This document shows positions 1 to 9,055 of a stretch of DNA of 64,000 bases, piece by piece (position 1 is the first letter of the stretch; the number at the start of each line of letters is the position of its first letter). The notes under the pieces were generated by a model. The model was not told where the DNA came from. It was given only the letters and a program-made list of their open reading frames with translations, and searched no databases. Source of the DNA: Oscillospiraceae bacterium. GTDB taxonomy: Bacteria > Bacillota > Clostridia > Oscillospirales > Oscillospiraceae. The translations under genes and the position numbers were made by a program. The stretch is taken from positions 6,373 through 70,372 of the forward strand of contig CACXAQ010000007.1 of the NCBI GenBank assembly GCA_902765595.1. The letters run 5' to 3'.

Positions 1-183
1 CCCGAAAAAACATAAAAAACTTAAAAAATAGACAAGAAAAATATTTCCTTACAGCCGGCTTTATGCTACAATGGCAAAAATAGAAACAACTTGCGGTTTA
101 ATTCACAATGAAAGAGCCCTCCCGGCTGCCGGTACCGCTGCCGCATCGGTGCGGAGCCGGAGCGGAGGGAGACAAAAAAGCCC

Positions 184-747
184 ATGACAAAGCAGCAGTT
201 GCGCCGTACGCTGTCCATCTTCCTCACCTTTCTGAAATTCGGCTGCTTCACCTTCGGCGGCGGATGGAGCATCGTGGCTCAGATCCAAAAAGAATACGTG
301 GAAAAGCAGCACTGGATCACGGACGAGGAGCTGCTGGACTTTACCTCTGTCGGGCGCTCGATCCCGGGCATCATGATCGGCAACGCCAGCGTCCTCTTCG
401 GCTACCAGGCGGCGGGCGTCCCCGGCGCGCTGGCGGCCCTTTTGGGGATCGTGATCCCGCCGGTCGTGATCATGCTGGGCGTGGTATACGTCTATGATCT
501 CGTAAAGGACAATCTCTATGTTGCCCGCGCGATGATCGGCGTGCGCGCGGCGGTCGTGCCGATCATCTTCAGCGCGATGCAAAAGCTGTTTCGCTCCGGC
601 ATCCGGGATGTTTTCTGTTTTCTGGTCGCGGCCGCGGGGCTTTGCCTTTGCCTGTTCGTGAAGATGAGCAACGTCCTGATCGTGCTCCTCGGAGCCGCTG
701 CGGGGCTTGCCTGGCAGGAAGTGAGGGCTCGCCGTGGTCTATCTTGA
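184..747 (+). CDS. chromate ion transporter (CHR) family protein, half-size
   Basis: 187-aa ORF. MTKQQLRRTLSIFLTFLKFGCFTFGGGWSIVAQIQKEY... has the FGGG motif and TM pattern of CHR/ChrA half proteins. ATG lies ~10 nt after GGAGGGAG. Confidence 0.8.
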   Translation: MTKQQLRRTLSIFLTFLKFGCFTFGGGWSIVAQIQKEYVEKQHWITDEELLDFTSVGRSIPGIMIGNASVLFGYQAAGVPGALAALLGIVIPPVVIMLGVVYVYDLVKDNLYVARAMIGVRAAVVPIIFSAMQKLFRSGIRDVFCFLVAAAGLCLCLFVKMSNVLIVLLGAAAGLAWQEVRARRGLS

Positions 748-1297
748 ACTGTTCCTCTCCTTCCTGATGATCGGCTTTACCAGCTTCGGCGGCATGTCCA
801 TGATCCCACTTATCAGCGACCAGATGCTCACCCACGGCTGGATGACCGCGGCGGAGGTGGCGGACATCGTGGCGATCGCCGAGATGACGCCGGGGCCCCT
901 GGGGATCAACTGCGCGACCTTTGCCGGCGCGCGCACGGCCGGTGTGGCGGGGGCGATCGTGGCCTCCTTCGGCGTGATGGTCCCGTCCCTCACGCTCGCC
1001 GTTCTGGCGGCGATGTTCCTGAAAAAATTCAAAGACAGCCGTGTGCTGAATGAGGCGATGTACGGCATCCGCCCGGTCGCCATCGGCATGATCGTCGCCG
1101 TCATGGTGCAGCAGAGCATGAACAACTATGCCGGGACGCTCTTCGGCTGCATCTCCTGGCCCGCCGTCGTGATCGGCCTTGTCTCGCTGTTCGTCCTGCT
1201 GCGCCTGAAGTGGAGCGTGCCGAAGACGATCCTGCTTGCCGCGGCGCTGGGGCTCGTGCTCTGCGGCGTCGAGACCGCCTTTCCTCTTCCCGTGTGA
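734..1297 (+). CDS. chromate ion transporter (CHR) family protein, second half-size subunit
   Basis: 187-aa ORF with a GTG start overlapping the upstream gene by 14 nt. ...IGFTSFGGMSMIPLI...MTPGPLGINCATFAG... Paired half-size CHR genes are the usual arrangement. Confidence 0.8.
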   Translation: MVYLELFLSFLMIGFTSFGGMSMIPLISDQMLTHGWMTAAEVADIVAIAEMTPGPLGINCATFAGARTAGVAGAIVASFGVMVPSLTLAVLAAMFLKKFKDSRVLNEAMYGIRPVAIGMIVAVMVQQSMNNYAGTLFGCISWPAVVIGLVSLFVLLRLKWSVPKTILLAAALGLVLCGVETAFPLPV

Positions 1298-1351
1298 AAA
1301 AGCTTTTACGCTTACGACAAAAAACATGATTCATAAAAGGAGGAGTGCCAA

Positions 1352-1654
1352 TTGGAGATCAAGAAACCGGCCATCGCCGGGACCCTGGAATCCAGTGACG
1401 CGCAGGTCGCGGTCGAGCCCGCCGACAGCGGGATCGAGCTGTACCTGGAGAGCAGCGTCATGAACCAGTACGGCCGCCAGATCAAGGCCACCGTGCTGGA
1501 AACGCTCGAACGGCTCGGCGTGGAAAACGCCCGGGTCACCGTGGTGGACAAGGGCGCGCTGGACTGCACCATCAAGGCCCGCGTGGAGTGTGCGGTCTTC
1601 CGCAGCTGTGACGCTTCCGCCGCCAACGTTCCCTGGGGAGGTGCCGTACGATGA
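1352..1654 (+). CDS. citD: citrate lyase acyl carrier protein (gamma subunit)
   Basis: 100-aa ORF with a TTG start ~8 nt after AAAGGAGG. MEIKKPAIAGTLESSDAQV...VVDKGALDCTIKARVE is CitD-like, including the prosthetic-group Ser region. It is followed by citE and citF. Confidence 0.9.
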   Translation: MEIKKPAIAGTLESSDAQVAVEPADSGIELYLESSVMNQYGRQIKATVLETLERLGVENARVTVVDKGALDCTIKARVECAVFRSCDASAANVPWGGAVR

Positions 1655-2565
1655 TCCCGAGACCGAAACCCGAACGCTTCCGCCTGCGCCGGACCATGAT
1701 GTTCATGAACGCGCAGAAGCCCGGCCTGATCAAGGACGCCTATATTTACGGCTGCGACAGCATCATGCTGGACCTGGAGGACGCCGTCGCCGAGAACCAG
1801 AAGGATGCGGCGCGCTTCTCCCTGTACCATGCGCTGAAGACCATCGACTACGGCGAGACCGAGGTCATCGTCCGCATCAACGGGCTGGACACCCCGCACT
1901 GGCAGGAGGATATCCGCGTGTGCGTGGCGGGCGGGGCCGACGGCATCCGCATCGCCAAGTGCGAAAGCGCGCAGGACGTGCTGACGGTGGAAAAGGCCGT
2001 CGAGGCCGCCGAGGAGGAATTCGGCGTCGAGAAGGGCCGCACGCTGCTGATGGCCGCGCTCGAAAGCCCGAAGGGCATCCTCAACGCCTATGAGATCTGC
2101 GCCGCCTCGCCGCGCATGTTCGGCGTAGCCATCTCCGGCGGCGACTTCCGCAAGTGCATGCAGACCACCCCGCAGCGCGACGGCGTGGACATGCTCGCCG
2201 CCCGCGGCCAGATGCTGATCGCGGCGCGCGCCGCCGGCGTCCAGTGCTTTGACACCGTGTTTACCAACCTCGACGATCAGGAGGGCTTCGAGGCCGAGGT
2301 GCTGCAGAACAAGGCCATGGGCTTTGACGGCAAGAGCCTCATCAACCCCAAGCAGATCCGCTTCGTCCACCAGGTCTTCGCTCCGACCGAAAAGGAGATC
2401 CGCCAGGCGGAGAAGATCGTGCGCGCCTACCGCGAGCAGAGCGCCGCGGGCGTCGGCGTCTTCACCGTGGACGGCAAGATGATCGACATCGCCTTTATCC
2501 CCGGCGCCGAGAGGACCTTGAAGCTGGCCCGCGCCTGCGGGCTCTGGGAGGGAGATCTGGTATGA
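1651..2565 (+). CDS. citE: citrate lyase beta subunit (citryl-CoA lyase)
   Basis: 304 aa with an ATGA overlap with citD. HpcH/HpaI aldolase-citrate lyase beta pattern (RLRRTMMF..., MLDLEDAV, GFDGKSLINPKQI). Confidence 0.9.
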   Translation: MIPRPKPERFRLRRTMMFMNAQKPGLIKDAYIYGCDSIMLDLEDAVAENQKDAARFSLYHALKTIDYGETEVIVRINGLDTPHWQEDIRVCVAGGADGIRIAKCESAQDVLTVEKAVEAAEEEFGVEKGRTLLMAALESPKGILNAYEICAASPRMFGVAISGGDFRKCMQTTPQRDGVDMLAARGQMLIAARAAGVQCFDTVFTNLDDQEGFEAEVLQNKAMGFDGKSLINPKQIRFVHQVFAPTEKEIRQAEKIVRAYREQSAAGVGVFTVDGKMIDIAFIPGAERTLKLARACGLWEGDLV

Positions 2566-4127
2566 AAAACGCAGTAGGCAGAGACATCCCCGACTTCCTG
2601 CTCCGGGACGGCAGAGAGGTCTATCAGGGCAAAAACTATATGGACGGCAAGTACCTCCAGAAGGCGTCCCCCCGCACGCGCCGCTATGAAAAGCCGCAGG
2701 AGAGCAAAATCGTCGAAAGCCTGGCCGAGGCGATGCGCCAGTGCGGCGCAAAGAGCGGCATGACCTTCTCCTTCCACCACCACCTGCGCGACGGCGACTA
2801 TGTGGTGAACATGGTCATGAAGGCCGCCATCGAGGAGCTGGGGCTGGAGGAGCTGACCATTGCGGCCTCGTCTCTCGGCAACGCCCACGACCCGATCGCC
2901 GATTACATCGAGCAGGGCAAGGTCGTCGGCATCCAGACCAGCGGCATCCGCGGCCGCATGGGCGAGGTGGTCTCCGCCGGCAAGCTGAAGACGCCCGCCA
3001 TCATCCGCAGCCACGGCGGCCGTCCCCGCGCCATTGAACGCGGCGAGGTACATATCGACATCGCCTTTATCGCCGCGCCCACCAGCGACTGCGTGGGCAA
3101 CTGCCGCGGCATCGGCGGCAAGTCCAACTGCGGCTCGATGGGCTACGCCATGACCGACGCGAAATACGCCGACCACGTTGTGGTCGTCACCGACTGCCTG
3201 GTGGATTTCCCGAACATGCCCGCCTCTGTCGAGGCCATCGACGTGGACGCGGTCGTCGTGGTCGATTCCATCGGCAACCCGAAGAAGATCGCCTCCGCCG
3301 CCGCCCGCATCAGCCAAAACCCGCGCGACCTGATGATGGCCGAGGACGTGGCGAAGGTCATCGCCGCAACGCCGTATTTCAAGGAGGGCTTCTCCTTCCA
3401 GACCGGCGTGGGCGGCCCCTCGCTCGCAGCCAACCTTTTCCTGGAAAAGTACATGGACGAGCGAAACATCAAAATGGGCTGGGCCATCGGCGGCATCTGC
3501 GGCCCGATGGTGGAGCTGCTGAAGAAGGGCAAGGTCGGCAAGGTCATCGACGTGCAGGACTTTGACCTCGACGCGGTCAACTCCATCAACCAGACCCCCA
3601 ACCACTTTGAGATGTCCGCCTCCCAGTATGCCAACCCCGCCAACAAGGGCGCCTTTGTCAACAAGCTGGACTTCGTGGTGCTCGCCGCGCTGGAGATCGA
3701 CACCGGCTTCAACGTCAACGTCCTCACCGGCTCGGACGGCGTGCTGCGCGGCGCGCCCGGCGGCCACCCGGACACTGCGGCCGGCGCCAAGTGCTGCATC
3801 ATCGTCACCCCGCTGATCCGCGGCCGCATGGCCACCGTGTGCGAGCATGTGGTCACCGTCACCACGCCGGGCGACTGCGTCGACGTGCTGGTCACGGACT
3901 ACGGCATCGCGGTCAACCCCCTGCGCCCGGATTTGATCCGCTGCCTTGACGAGGCCGGCATCAAACACGTGCCCATCGAAGAGCTGAAGGAAAAGGCCTA
4001 TTCCCTGGTCGGCCGCCCGGACGATCTGCAGTGGGAGGACAAGGTCGTCGCCGTGCTGGAAGCCCGCGACGGCACGATCCTGGACGTGGTCCGCAAGATC
4101 AAGCCCTACACGCTGGAAGAGGACTGA
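2562..4127 (+). CDS. citF: citrate lyase alpha subunit (citrate CoA-transferase)
   Basis: 521 aa with a 4-nt overlap with citE. Typical CitF length and segments (SFHHHLRDGD, GIQTSGIRG, SHGGRPRAIE). Position is after citD and citE. Confidence 0.92.
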   Translation: MKNAVGRDIPDFLLRDGREVYQGKNYMDGKYLQKASPRTRRYEKPQESKIVESLAEAMRQCGAKSGMTFSFHHHLRDGDYVVNMVMKAAIEELGLEELTIAASSLGNAHDPIADYIEQGKVVGIQTSGIRGRMGEVVSAGKLKTPAIIRSHGGRPRAIERGEVHIDIAFIAAPTSDCVGNCRGIGGKSNCGSMGYAMTDAKYADHVVVVTDCLVDFPNMPASVEAIDVDAVVVVDSIGNPKKIASAAARISQNPRDLMMAEDVAKVIAATPYFKEGFSFQTGVGGPSLAANLFLEKYMDERNIKMGWAIGGICGPMVELLKKGKVGKVIDVQDFDLDAVNSINQTPNHFEMSASQYANPANKGAFVNKLDFVVLAALEIDTGFNVNVLTGSDGVLRGAPGGHPDTAAGAKCCIIVTPLIRGRMATVCEHVVTVTTPGDCVDVLVTDYGIAVNPLRPDLIRCLDEAGIKHVPIEELKEKAYSLVGRPDDLQWEDKVVAVLEARDGTILDVVRKIKPYTLEED

Positions 4128-4220
4128 GTTCCTGTTTCATAGAGAGACCCGCCCCCGCGTTTTCCCCCGCTTCCGTACACACCCGCGACCCCCATATTTA
4201 TTTGAAAGCGAGGAATCCCC

Positions 4221-5633
4221 ATGAGTGAAACCCTTGTCGGCATCCTTGGTCTGCTGACCATCGTTGCCATCGTCATCACCCTGTTCAAGAGCAAGACCCA
4301 GCCCGCCATCGCCTTCATCGTCTGGCCAACGGTCCTGGCCCTGATCCTGATCATCGGCGGCCGCATCACCGGCGAGAACTTCTCCGCCATGATCAAAGCC
4401 GGCTTCTCCAGCACCGGCCCCACCGCAGCCCTGTTCGTGTTCTCGGTGCTCTACTTCGGCATCATGACCGACGCGGGCATGTTCGACGTCATCATCAACA
4501 AGCTCATGAAGCTGGTGGGCGACAGCGTCATCGGCGTGTGCGTCATGACCGCCGTCATCGCGCTGATCGGCCACCTGGACGGCGGCGGCGCCTCAACCTT
4601 CTGCATCGTCGTCCCCGCCATGCTGCCCGTCTTCAAGCGCATGCACATGCGCAAGACCTCGCTGCTGCGCATCGCGGTGCTGGCCATGGGCGTGCTGAAC
4701 CTGATGCCCTGGGCCGGCCCCACCATGCGCGCCGCCTCCGTCCTGGGCATTGAAGCCGGCAGCCTCTGGCAGACCATCCTGCCCATCCAGATCTTTGGTA
4801 TCGTGCTGGCCCTGGCCCACGCCGTGTTCACCGGCTTCCAGGAGAAGAAGCGGGGCGCCGGCCTCACCGGCAAGCTGGCCGAGATCGAGGGCAACGTGGA
4901 GCTGGAAGAGATCGCCGAGCAGGCCCAGAACGATCTGGCCCGGCCCAAGCTCTTCCTCTTCAACGTCATCCTCACCATCGGCGTCATTTTCCTGCTGATC
5001 TGGGGCGACAGCTTCGACCTGCCCACCTATTTCCCGTTCATGGTCGGCTGCGCGATCGCGCTGTTCGTCAACTACGGCTTCACCGCCAAGATGCACAAGA
5101 AGATCATCAACCTCCACGCCGGTCCCGCTCTGATGATGTGCTCCACGCTGATGGGCGCCGCGGTGCTGATGGGCGTGCTGACCTCCAGCATCGGCGCCGA
5201 CGGCAAGGTCATTTCCGCCAAGGTGATGGAGCTGCCCGAGGACGCCATTCCGTCCGTGGTGCGCTGCCTCGCCGGTCTGGTCTCCGGCGTTCTGCCCGCC
5301 TTCCTGGGTCAGAACCTGCCGCTGGTCATCGGCTTCCTGTCCGTGCCGCTGGCGCTGGCCTTCGACACCGACAGCTACTTCTACGGCCTGATGCCCGTCA
5401 TCATCGGCATTGGTCAGGCCTTCGGCGTGGAGGCGCTGCCCATCGCCGTGGCCATGGTCGTCTGCCGCAACTGCGCCACCTTCATCAGCCCCATGGTGCC
5501 TGCCACCCTGCTGGGCACCGGTCTTGCGGACGTGGATATCAAGGACCACATCAAGAACAGCTTCTTCTATGTGTGGATCTTCTCCATCCTCTGCATGCTC
5601 TTTGCCGTCATCGTCGGCATCATGCCCATCTGA
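4221..5633 (+). CDS. CitMHS-family citrate (metal-citrate) transporter
   Basis: 470 aa polytopic membrane protein. Length and N-terminus resemble citrate-divalent cation symporters. It is embedded in the cit operon. Confidence 0.8.
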   Translation: MSETLVGILGLLTIVAIVITLFKSKTQPAIAFIVWPTVLALILIIGGRITGENFSAMIKAGFSSTGPTAALFVFSVLYFGIMTDAGMFDVIINKLMKLVGDSVIGVCVMTAVIALIGHLDGGGASTFCIVVPAMLPVFKRMHMRKTSLLRIAVLAMGVLNLMPWAGPTMRAASVLGIEAGSLWQTILPIQIFGIVLALAHAVFTGFQEKKRGAGLTGKLAEIEGNVELEEIAEQAQNDLARPKLFLFNVILTIGVIFLLIWGDSFDLPTYFPFMVGCAIALFVNYGFTAKMHKKIINLHAGPALMMCSTLMGAAVLMGVLTSSIGADGKVISAKVMELPEDAIPSVVRCLAGLVSGVLPAFLGQNLPLVIGFLSVPLALAFDTDSYFYGLMPVIIGIGQAFGVEALPIAVAMVVCRNCATFISPMVPATLLGTGLADVDIKDHIKNSFFYVWIFSILCMLFAVIVGIMPI

Positions 5634-5652
5634 CAACAAGCGAACGGAATCC

Positions 5653-5687
5653 GATCCCCCTGGTTTTTCGATCAGGGGGATCCTTTT
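5653..5687 (+). terminator. hairpin plus short T-run inside the cit cluster (after the transporter gene)
   Basis: GATCCCCCTG-10 nt-CAGGGGGATC followed by CTTTT. Possible partial terminator or processing site between the transporter and citC. Confidence 0.5.
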
Positions 5688-5704
5688 AAAAACGAGGGAA
5701 AAAC

Positions 5705-6742
5705 ATGGCTTCACTTGGTACGATCTTTCCCCGGGACGCCCGCACGCAGGCGCAAATGGACGCGCTTCTGCGCGCCGAGGGTATCCGAAGGGATAAAAAC
5801 CTGGACTACAGCTGCGGCGTCTTTGACGAGGACGGCGCGCTCATCGCCGCGGGCAGCAGCTTTAAGAATACGCTGCGCTGTCTCGCCGTCTCGTCCGAAC
5901 ACCGGGGCGAGGGGCTGATGAACCAGGTGGTAAGCCATCTGCTGGAGCGGCAGACGGAACAGGGAAACAGCCACGTTTTCCTGTATACCAAGGCGAAAAA
6001 CGACCGCATTTTCCGCGACCTGGGCTTTTATGAGATCGCCCGGGTCGAGGGCGAGCTGGTGTTCATGGAAAACCGGCGCGACGGCTTTGCCCGCTATCTG
6101 AAAGGACTGGCGGCCACGCGGCGCGAGGGGAAGTGCGCCGCCATCGTCATGAACGCCAATCCCTTCACGCGCGGCCACCGCCATCTTGTCGAGCGCGCCG
6201 CCGCGGAAAACGACGCGCTGCACCTCTTCCTGCTCAGCGAGGAGGCGGGTCCCATCCCCTTCGCCGTCCGCAAACGTCTTGTCCGGGAGGGCGTCGCGGA
6301 TCTTCCAAATGTGATCCTGCACGACTCCGGGCCGTATATCATCTCCTCGGCCACCTTCCCCAGCTATTTTCTGCGGGACGAGGACGCGGCGATCCTGGCG
6401 CATGCGAAGCTGGATCTGTGCGTGTTCGGCAAAATCGCAGCGGCCATCGGCGTCACGGCGCGCTATGCCGGCGAGGAGAAAAGCAGCCATGTGACGGCGC
6501 TGTATAACGAAACCATGGCCGCGGAGCTGCCGCGGCAGGGGCTGGAATTCCGGCAGATCCCGCGCCTCGCGCTCGACGGCGAGACCGTCAGCGCCAGCGC
6601 GGTGCGCCAGGCCATCCACGACGGCGAGCTTGAAAAGGCGGCCTTCATGCTGCCGGAGAGCAGTCTGCGATATTTTACGAGCGCGGAGGCGTCGGGCGTG
6701 ATCGCGGCCATCCGCGCCATGGACGAGGCAAAGCACTATTGA
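5705..6742 (+). CDS. citC: [citrate (pro-3S)-lyase] ligase
   Basis: 345 aa. N-terminal acetyltransferase-like part plus a cytidylyltransferase-like core (AAIVMNANPFTRGHRHLVERAA), typical of CitC. Confidence 0.9.
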   Translation: MASLGTIFPRDARTQAQMDALLRAEGIRRDKNLDYSCGVFDEDGALIAAGSSFKNTLRCLAVSSEHRGEGLMNQVVSHLLERQTEQGNSHVFLYTKAKNDRIFRDLGFYEIARVEGELVFMENRRDGFARYLKGLAATRREGKCAAIVMNANPFTRGHRHLVERAAAENDALHLFLLSEEAGPIPFAVRKRLVREGVADLPNVILHDSGPYIISSATFPSYFLRDEDAAILAHAKLDLCVFGKIAAAIGVTARYAGEEKSSHVTALYNETMAAELPRQGLEFRQIPRLALDGETVSASAVRQAIHDGELEKAAFMLPESSLRYFTSAEASGVIAAIRAMDEAKHY

Positions 6743-8094
6743 TGAGAGAAGTCACACTTCCCGAGATGCTCGAAGCCCGCGACAGGCGGGCCGAGGCGCA
6801 GCGCCGGCTCCTTGCCGAGCGGGGGCTGCCCCTTATTTCCTTTACGATGAACATTCCCGGCCCGGTGAAGAACAGCCCCCTTTACCGCCGCGGCTTCGAC
6901 GAGGGGCTGCGGCAGCTGGAACGGGCGCTGGACGCGGCCGGGATCGCACGCCTGTCCCCCGAAACGCTGCACGCCGTAACGGGAAATGAATATCTTTGCG
7001 CGGTCGATGCGCCGGCCGAAGCAGTCAAGGCGATCTGCACACGCATCGAGGAGGAGGACCCGATGGGCCGTCTCTTTGACATGGACGTGATCGCGCCGGG
7101 CGGGAGCAAGCTCGCGCGCAAAGAAGAGCGCCGCTGTCTCGTCTGCGGCGCGGCGGGGCGCGGCTGCGCCTCGCGGCGGCTGCACAGTCTTGAAGAACTC
7201 TCGGCCGCGGTGACGAGGCTGCTGACAGAAGGCCTGCTTGCCGCCGACGCCGCGCGCGTCGACAGCCTTGCCACCGCCGCGCTGCTCGACGAGGTGGCGA
7301 CGACGCCCAAGCCCGGTCTGGTCGACCGTGACAACAACGGCGCCCACCGGGACATGACCCGCGAGACCTTTGAGAACAGCGCCGCGGCGCTGCGCGGCTA
7401 TTGGCGCAGCTGCTTTCTGACGGGCGCCGAAACGGCCGAACTCCCGGCCGCCGAGGCCTTTGTCCGGCTGCGCCCGCTGGGCATGGAGGCGGAGAAAAAA
7501 ATGCTCGCCGCCACCGGCGGGGTCAATACCCACAAGGGGGCGATCTTCACGCTCGGCACGGTGTGCGGCGCGCTCGGCCGCCTTTGGCGGGCGGACGGGC
7601 CCTGCACCGACCCGGAAAGGATCGCCGCCGCCTGCGCCGCGCTCAGCGGCGGGGCTGTAGCTGACGACTTTGCCGCGCTCAAAAGGCGCGGGCAAGCCCG
7701 GACGGCGGGGGAGAAGCTGTATCTCTCCACCGGGCTGCGCGGCATCCGCGGCGAAGTCGCGGCGGGGCTGCCCGCCGTGCTGCAGACCGCTCTGCCGGTG
7801 CTGGAGGAATGCCTTTTTGAGGGCATGAGCCGCAACGACGCCGGCGTCGTCGCACTGCTGCATCTAATCGCCCGCGGCGAGGATACCAATATGATCAAGC
7901 GCGGCGGCGAAGCGCTTGCGGCCGACACGGCCCGGACAGTGCGCGAAGCGCTCTGCGAAAACAGCCGTCCCTCCATGGAAACGGTCCGCGCGTGGGATGC
8001 GTATTTTATCGAAAACCGCCTCTCTCCCGGCGGCTGCGCCGATCTGCTGGCGGTAAGCTTCTTTTTACACGACTGGACGAGGGAACAGACATGA
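6739..8094 (+). CDS. citXG: bifunctional CitX/CitG (apo-citrate lyase phosphoribosyl-dephospho-CoA transferase / triphosphoribosyl-dephospho-CoA synthase)
   Basis: 451 aa. The N-terminal part is CitX-like (LPEMLEARDRRAEAQ...ISFTMNIPGPVK). The C-terminal part is CitG-like (TTPKPGLVDRDNNGAHRDM). Start overlaps the citC stop. Confidence 0.88.
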   Translation: MMREVTLPEMLEARDRRAEAQRRLLAERGLPLISFTMNIPGPVKNSPLYRRGFDEGLRQLERALDAAGIARLSPETLHAVTGNEYLCAVDAPAEAVKAICTRIEEEDPMGRLFDMDVIAPGGSKLARKEERRCLVCGAAGRGCASRRLHSLEELSAAVTRLLTEGLLAADAARVDSLATAALLDEVATTPKPGLVDRDNNGAHRDMTRETFENSAAALRGYWRSCFLTGAETAELPAAEAFVRLRPLGMEAEKKMLAATGGVNTHKGAIFTLGTVCGALGRLWRADGPCTDPERIAAACAALSGGAVADDFAALKRRGQARTAGEKLYLSTGLRGIRGEVAAGLPAVLQTALPVLEECLFEGMSRNDAGVVALLHLIARGEDTNMIKRGGEALAADTARTVREALCENSRPSMETVRAWDAYFIENRLSPGGCADLLAVSFFLHDWTREQT

Positions 8095-8930
8095 ACAAAA
8101 AACTGATCTTTCTGGATATCGACGGTACGCTGACCGCGCCGGGCAGCAACGAGCCGCCCGCAAGCGCGCTCGCGGCGATCCGCGCGGCGCAGGCGGAGGG
8201 ACACCGGGTATTCCTCTGCACGGGGCGGAATTATGACATGCTGAAGCCCCTTCTCAAATTCGGCTTCGACGGCGCCGTCGCGAGCGGCGGCGGCTATGTG
8301 TTCACGGACGGACAGGTGCTCTATGACTGCCCGATGACCGAGGAGCAGAAGGAGCGCGCGCTGCGCCTCTTTGCCGAGTGCGGCGTCCTGCGCACGATCG
8401 AGGCCAGGGACGCGAGCTACTGTGACGAGGGGATGGGCGAGTTTCTCCAGCGCTCCTCCGGCGGCAACAGCGAGCTGCTGCGCTGGCGCGAGGCGCTGGA
8501 AAAGGATCTGGGCATCCGCCCGATGCGCGAGTATGACGGCCGCCCCATCTACAAGGTGGTTTTCATGTGCGCCGCGGCCGACCAGCTTGCCCCCGCGATC
8601 CGGGAGCTGGAGGGAGAGTTTTATTTCCTCGTGCAGGACATGGCCGGGGCCAACTGTCTCAACGGCGAGCTCATCAACCGCAAGTTCGACAAGGGCACCG
8701 GCATCCGCCGCGTGTGCGAGGCGCTCGGCGTCCCGCTTGAAGACACGATCGGCTTCGGCGACAGCATGAACGATCTGGAAATGATCCAGACCGTCGCCGT
8801 CGGCGTCTGCATGGCAAATGGCAGCCCCACGCTGAAAAAGCACTGCACGATGGTCTGTCCCGCCGTGGAGGAGGACGGACTGGCAACCGCTTTCCGGGAA
8901 CTGGGCTTGGTAAAAAGCGACAAAAACTGA
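8091..8930 (+). CDS. Cof-type HAD-IIB family hydrolase
   Basis: Internal ATG at 8091 (ATGA overlap with the citXG stop) gives MNKKLIFLDIDGTLT... and a C-terminal GDSMNDLEM motif. The longer ORF from 7992 overlaps citXG and was not used. Confidence 0.8.
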   Translation: MNKKLIFLDIDGTLTAPGSNEPPASALAAIRAAQAEGHRVFLCTGRNYDMLKPLLKFGFDGAVASGGGYVFTDGQVLYDCPMTEEQKERALRLFAECGVLRTIEARDASYCDEGMGEFLQRSSGGNSELLRWREALEKDLGIRPMREYDGRPIYKVVFMCAAADQLAPAIRELEGEFYFLVQDMAGANCLNGELINRKFDKGTGIRRVCEALGVPLEDTIGFGDSMNDLEMIQTVAVGVCMANGSPTLKKHCTMVCPAVEEDGLATAFRELGLVKSDKN

Positions 8931-8966
8931 AAGAGATTTTTGTGCTTTCGGCGCCCCGCAACCCAA

Positions 8967-8995
8967 TTGAGCAATCCCCGGGATTCTGATATAAT
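8967..8995 (+). promoter_or_regulatory. sigma-A-type promoter candidate for the PTS operon
   Basis: TTGAGC, 17-nt spacer, TATAAT, located 60 nt upstream of the EIIBCA start. Confidence 0.6.
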
Positions 8996-9055
8996 ACAAA
9001 GGAAATGCGGCCGCCCCGAATCTGACGGCCGCTTCTTAGAAAAGGAGAATGTACT

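Noticed and set aside
1-183. Possible riboswitch in the ~110-nt GC-rich leader upstream of the chromate-transporter pair.
   Set aside because: Some hairpin potential is present (CCCTCCCGG…CCGGAGCGGAGGG). There is no similarity to any consensus I know, and the window starts too close to judge the promoter or context.
9000-9055. RAT/antiterminator-type attenuator in the PTS leader (hairpin GCGGCCG-12 nt-CGGCCGC followed by TTCTT).
   Set aside because: There is no BglG/SacY-type antiterminator gene nearby and no recognisable RAT consensus. The hairpin is short and the T-run is weak.
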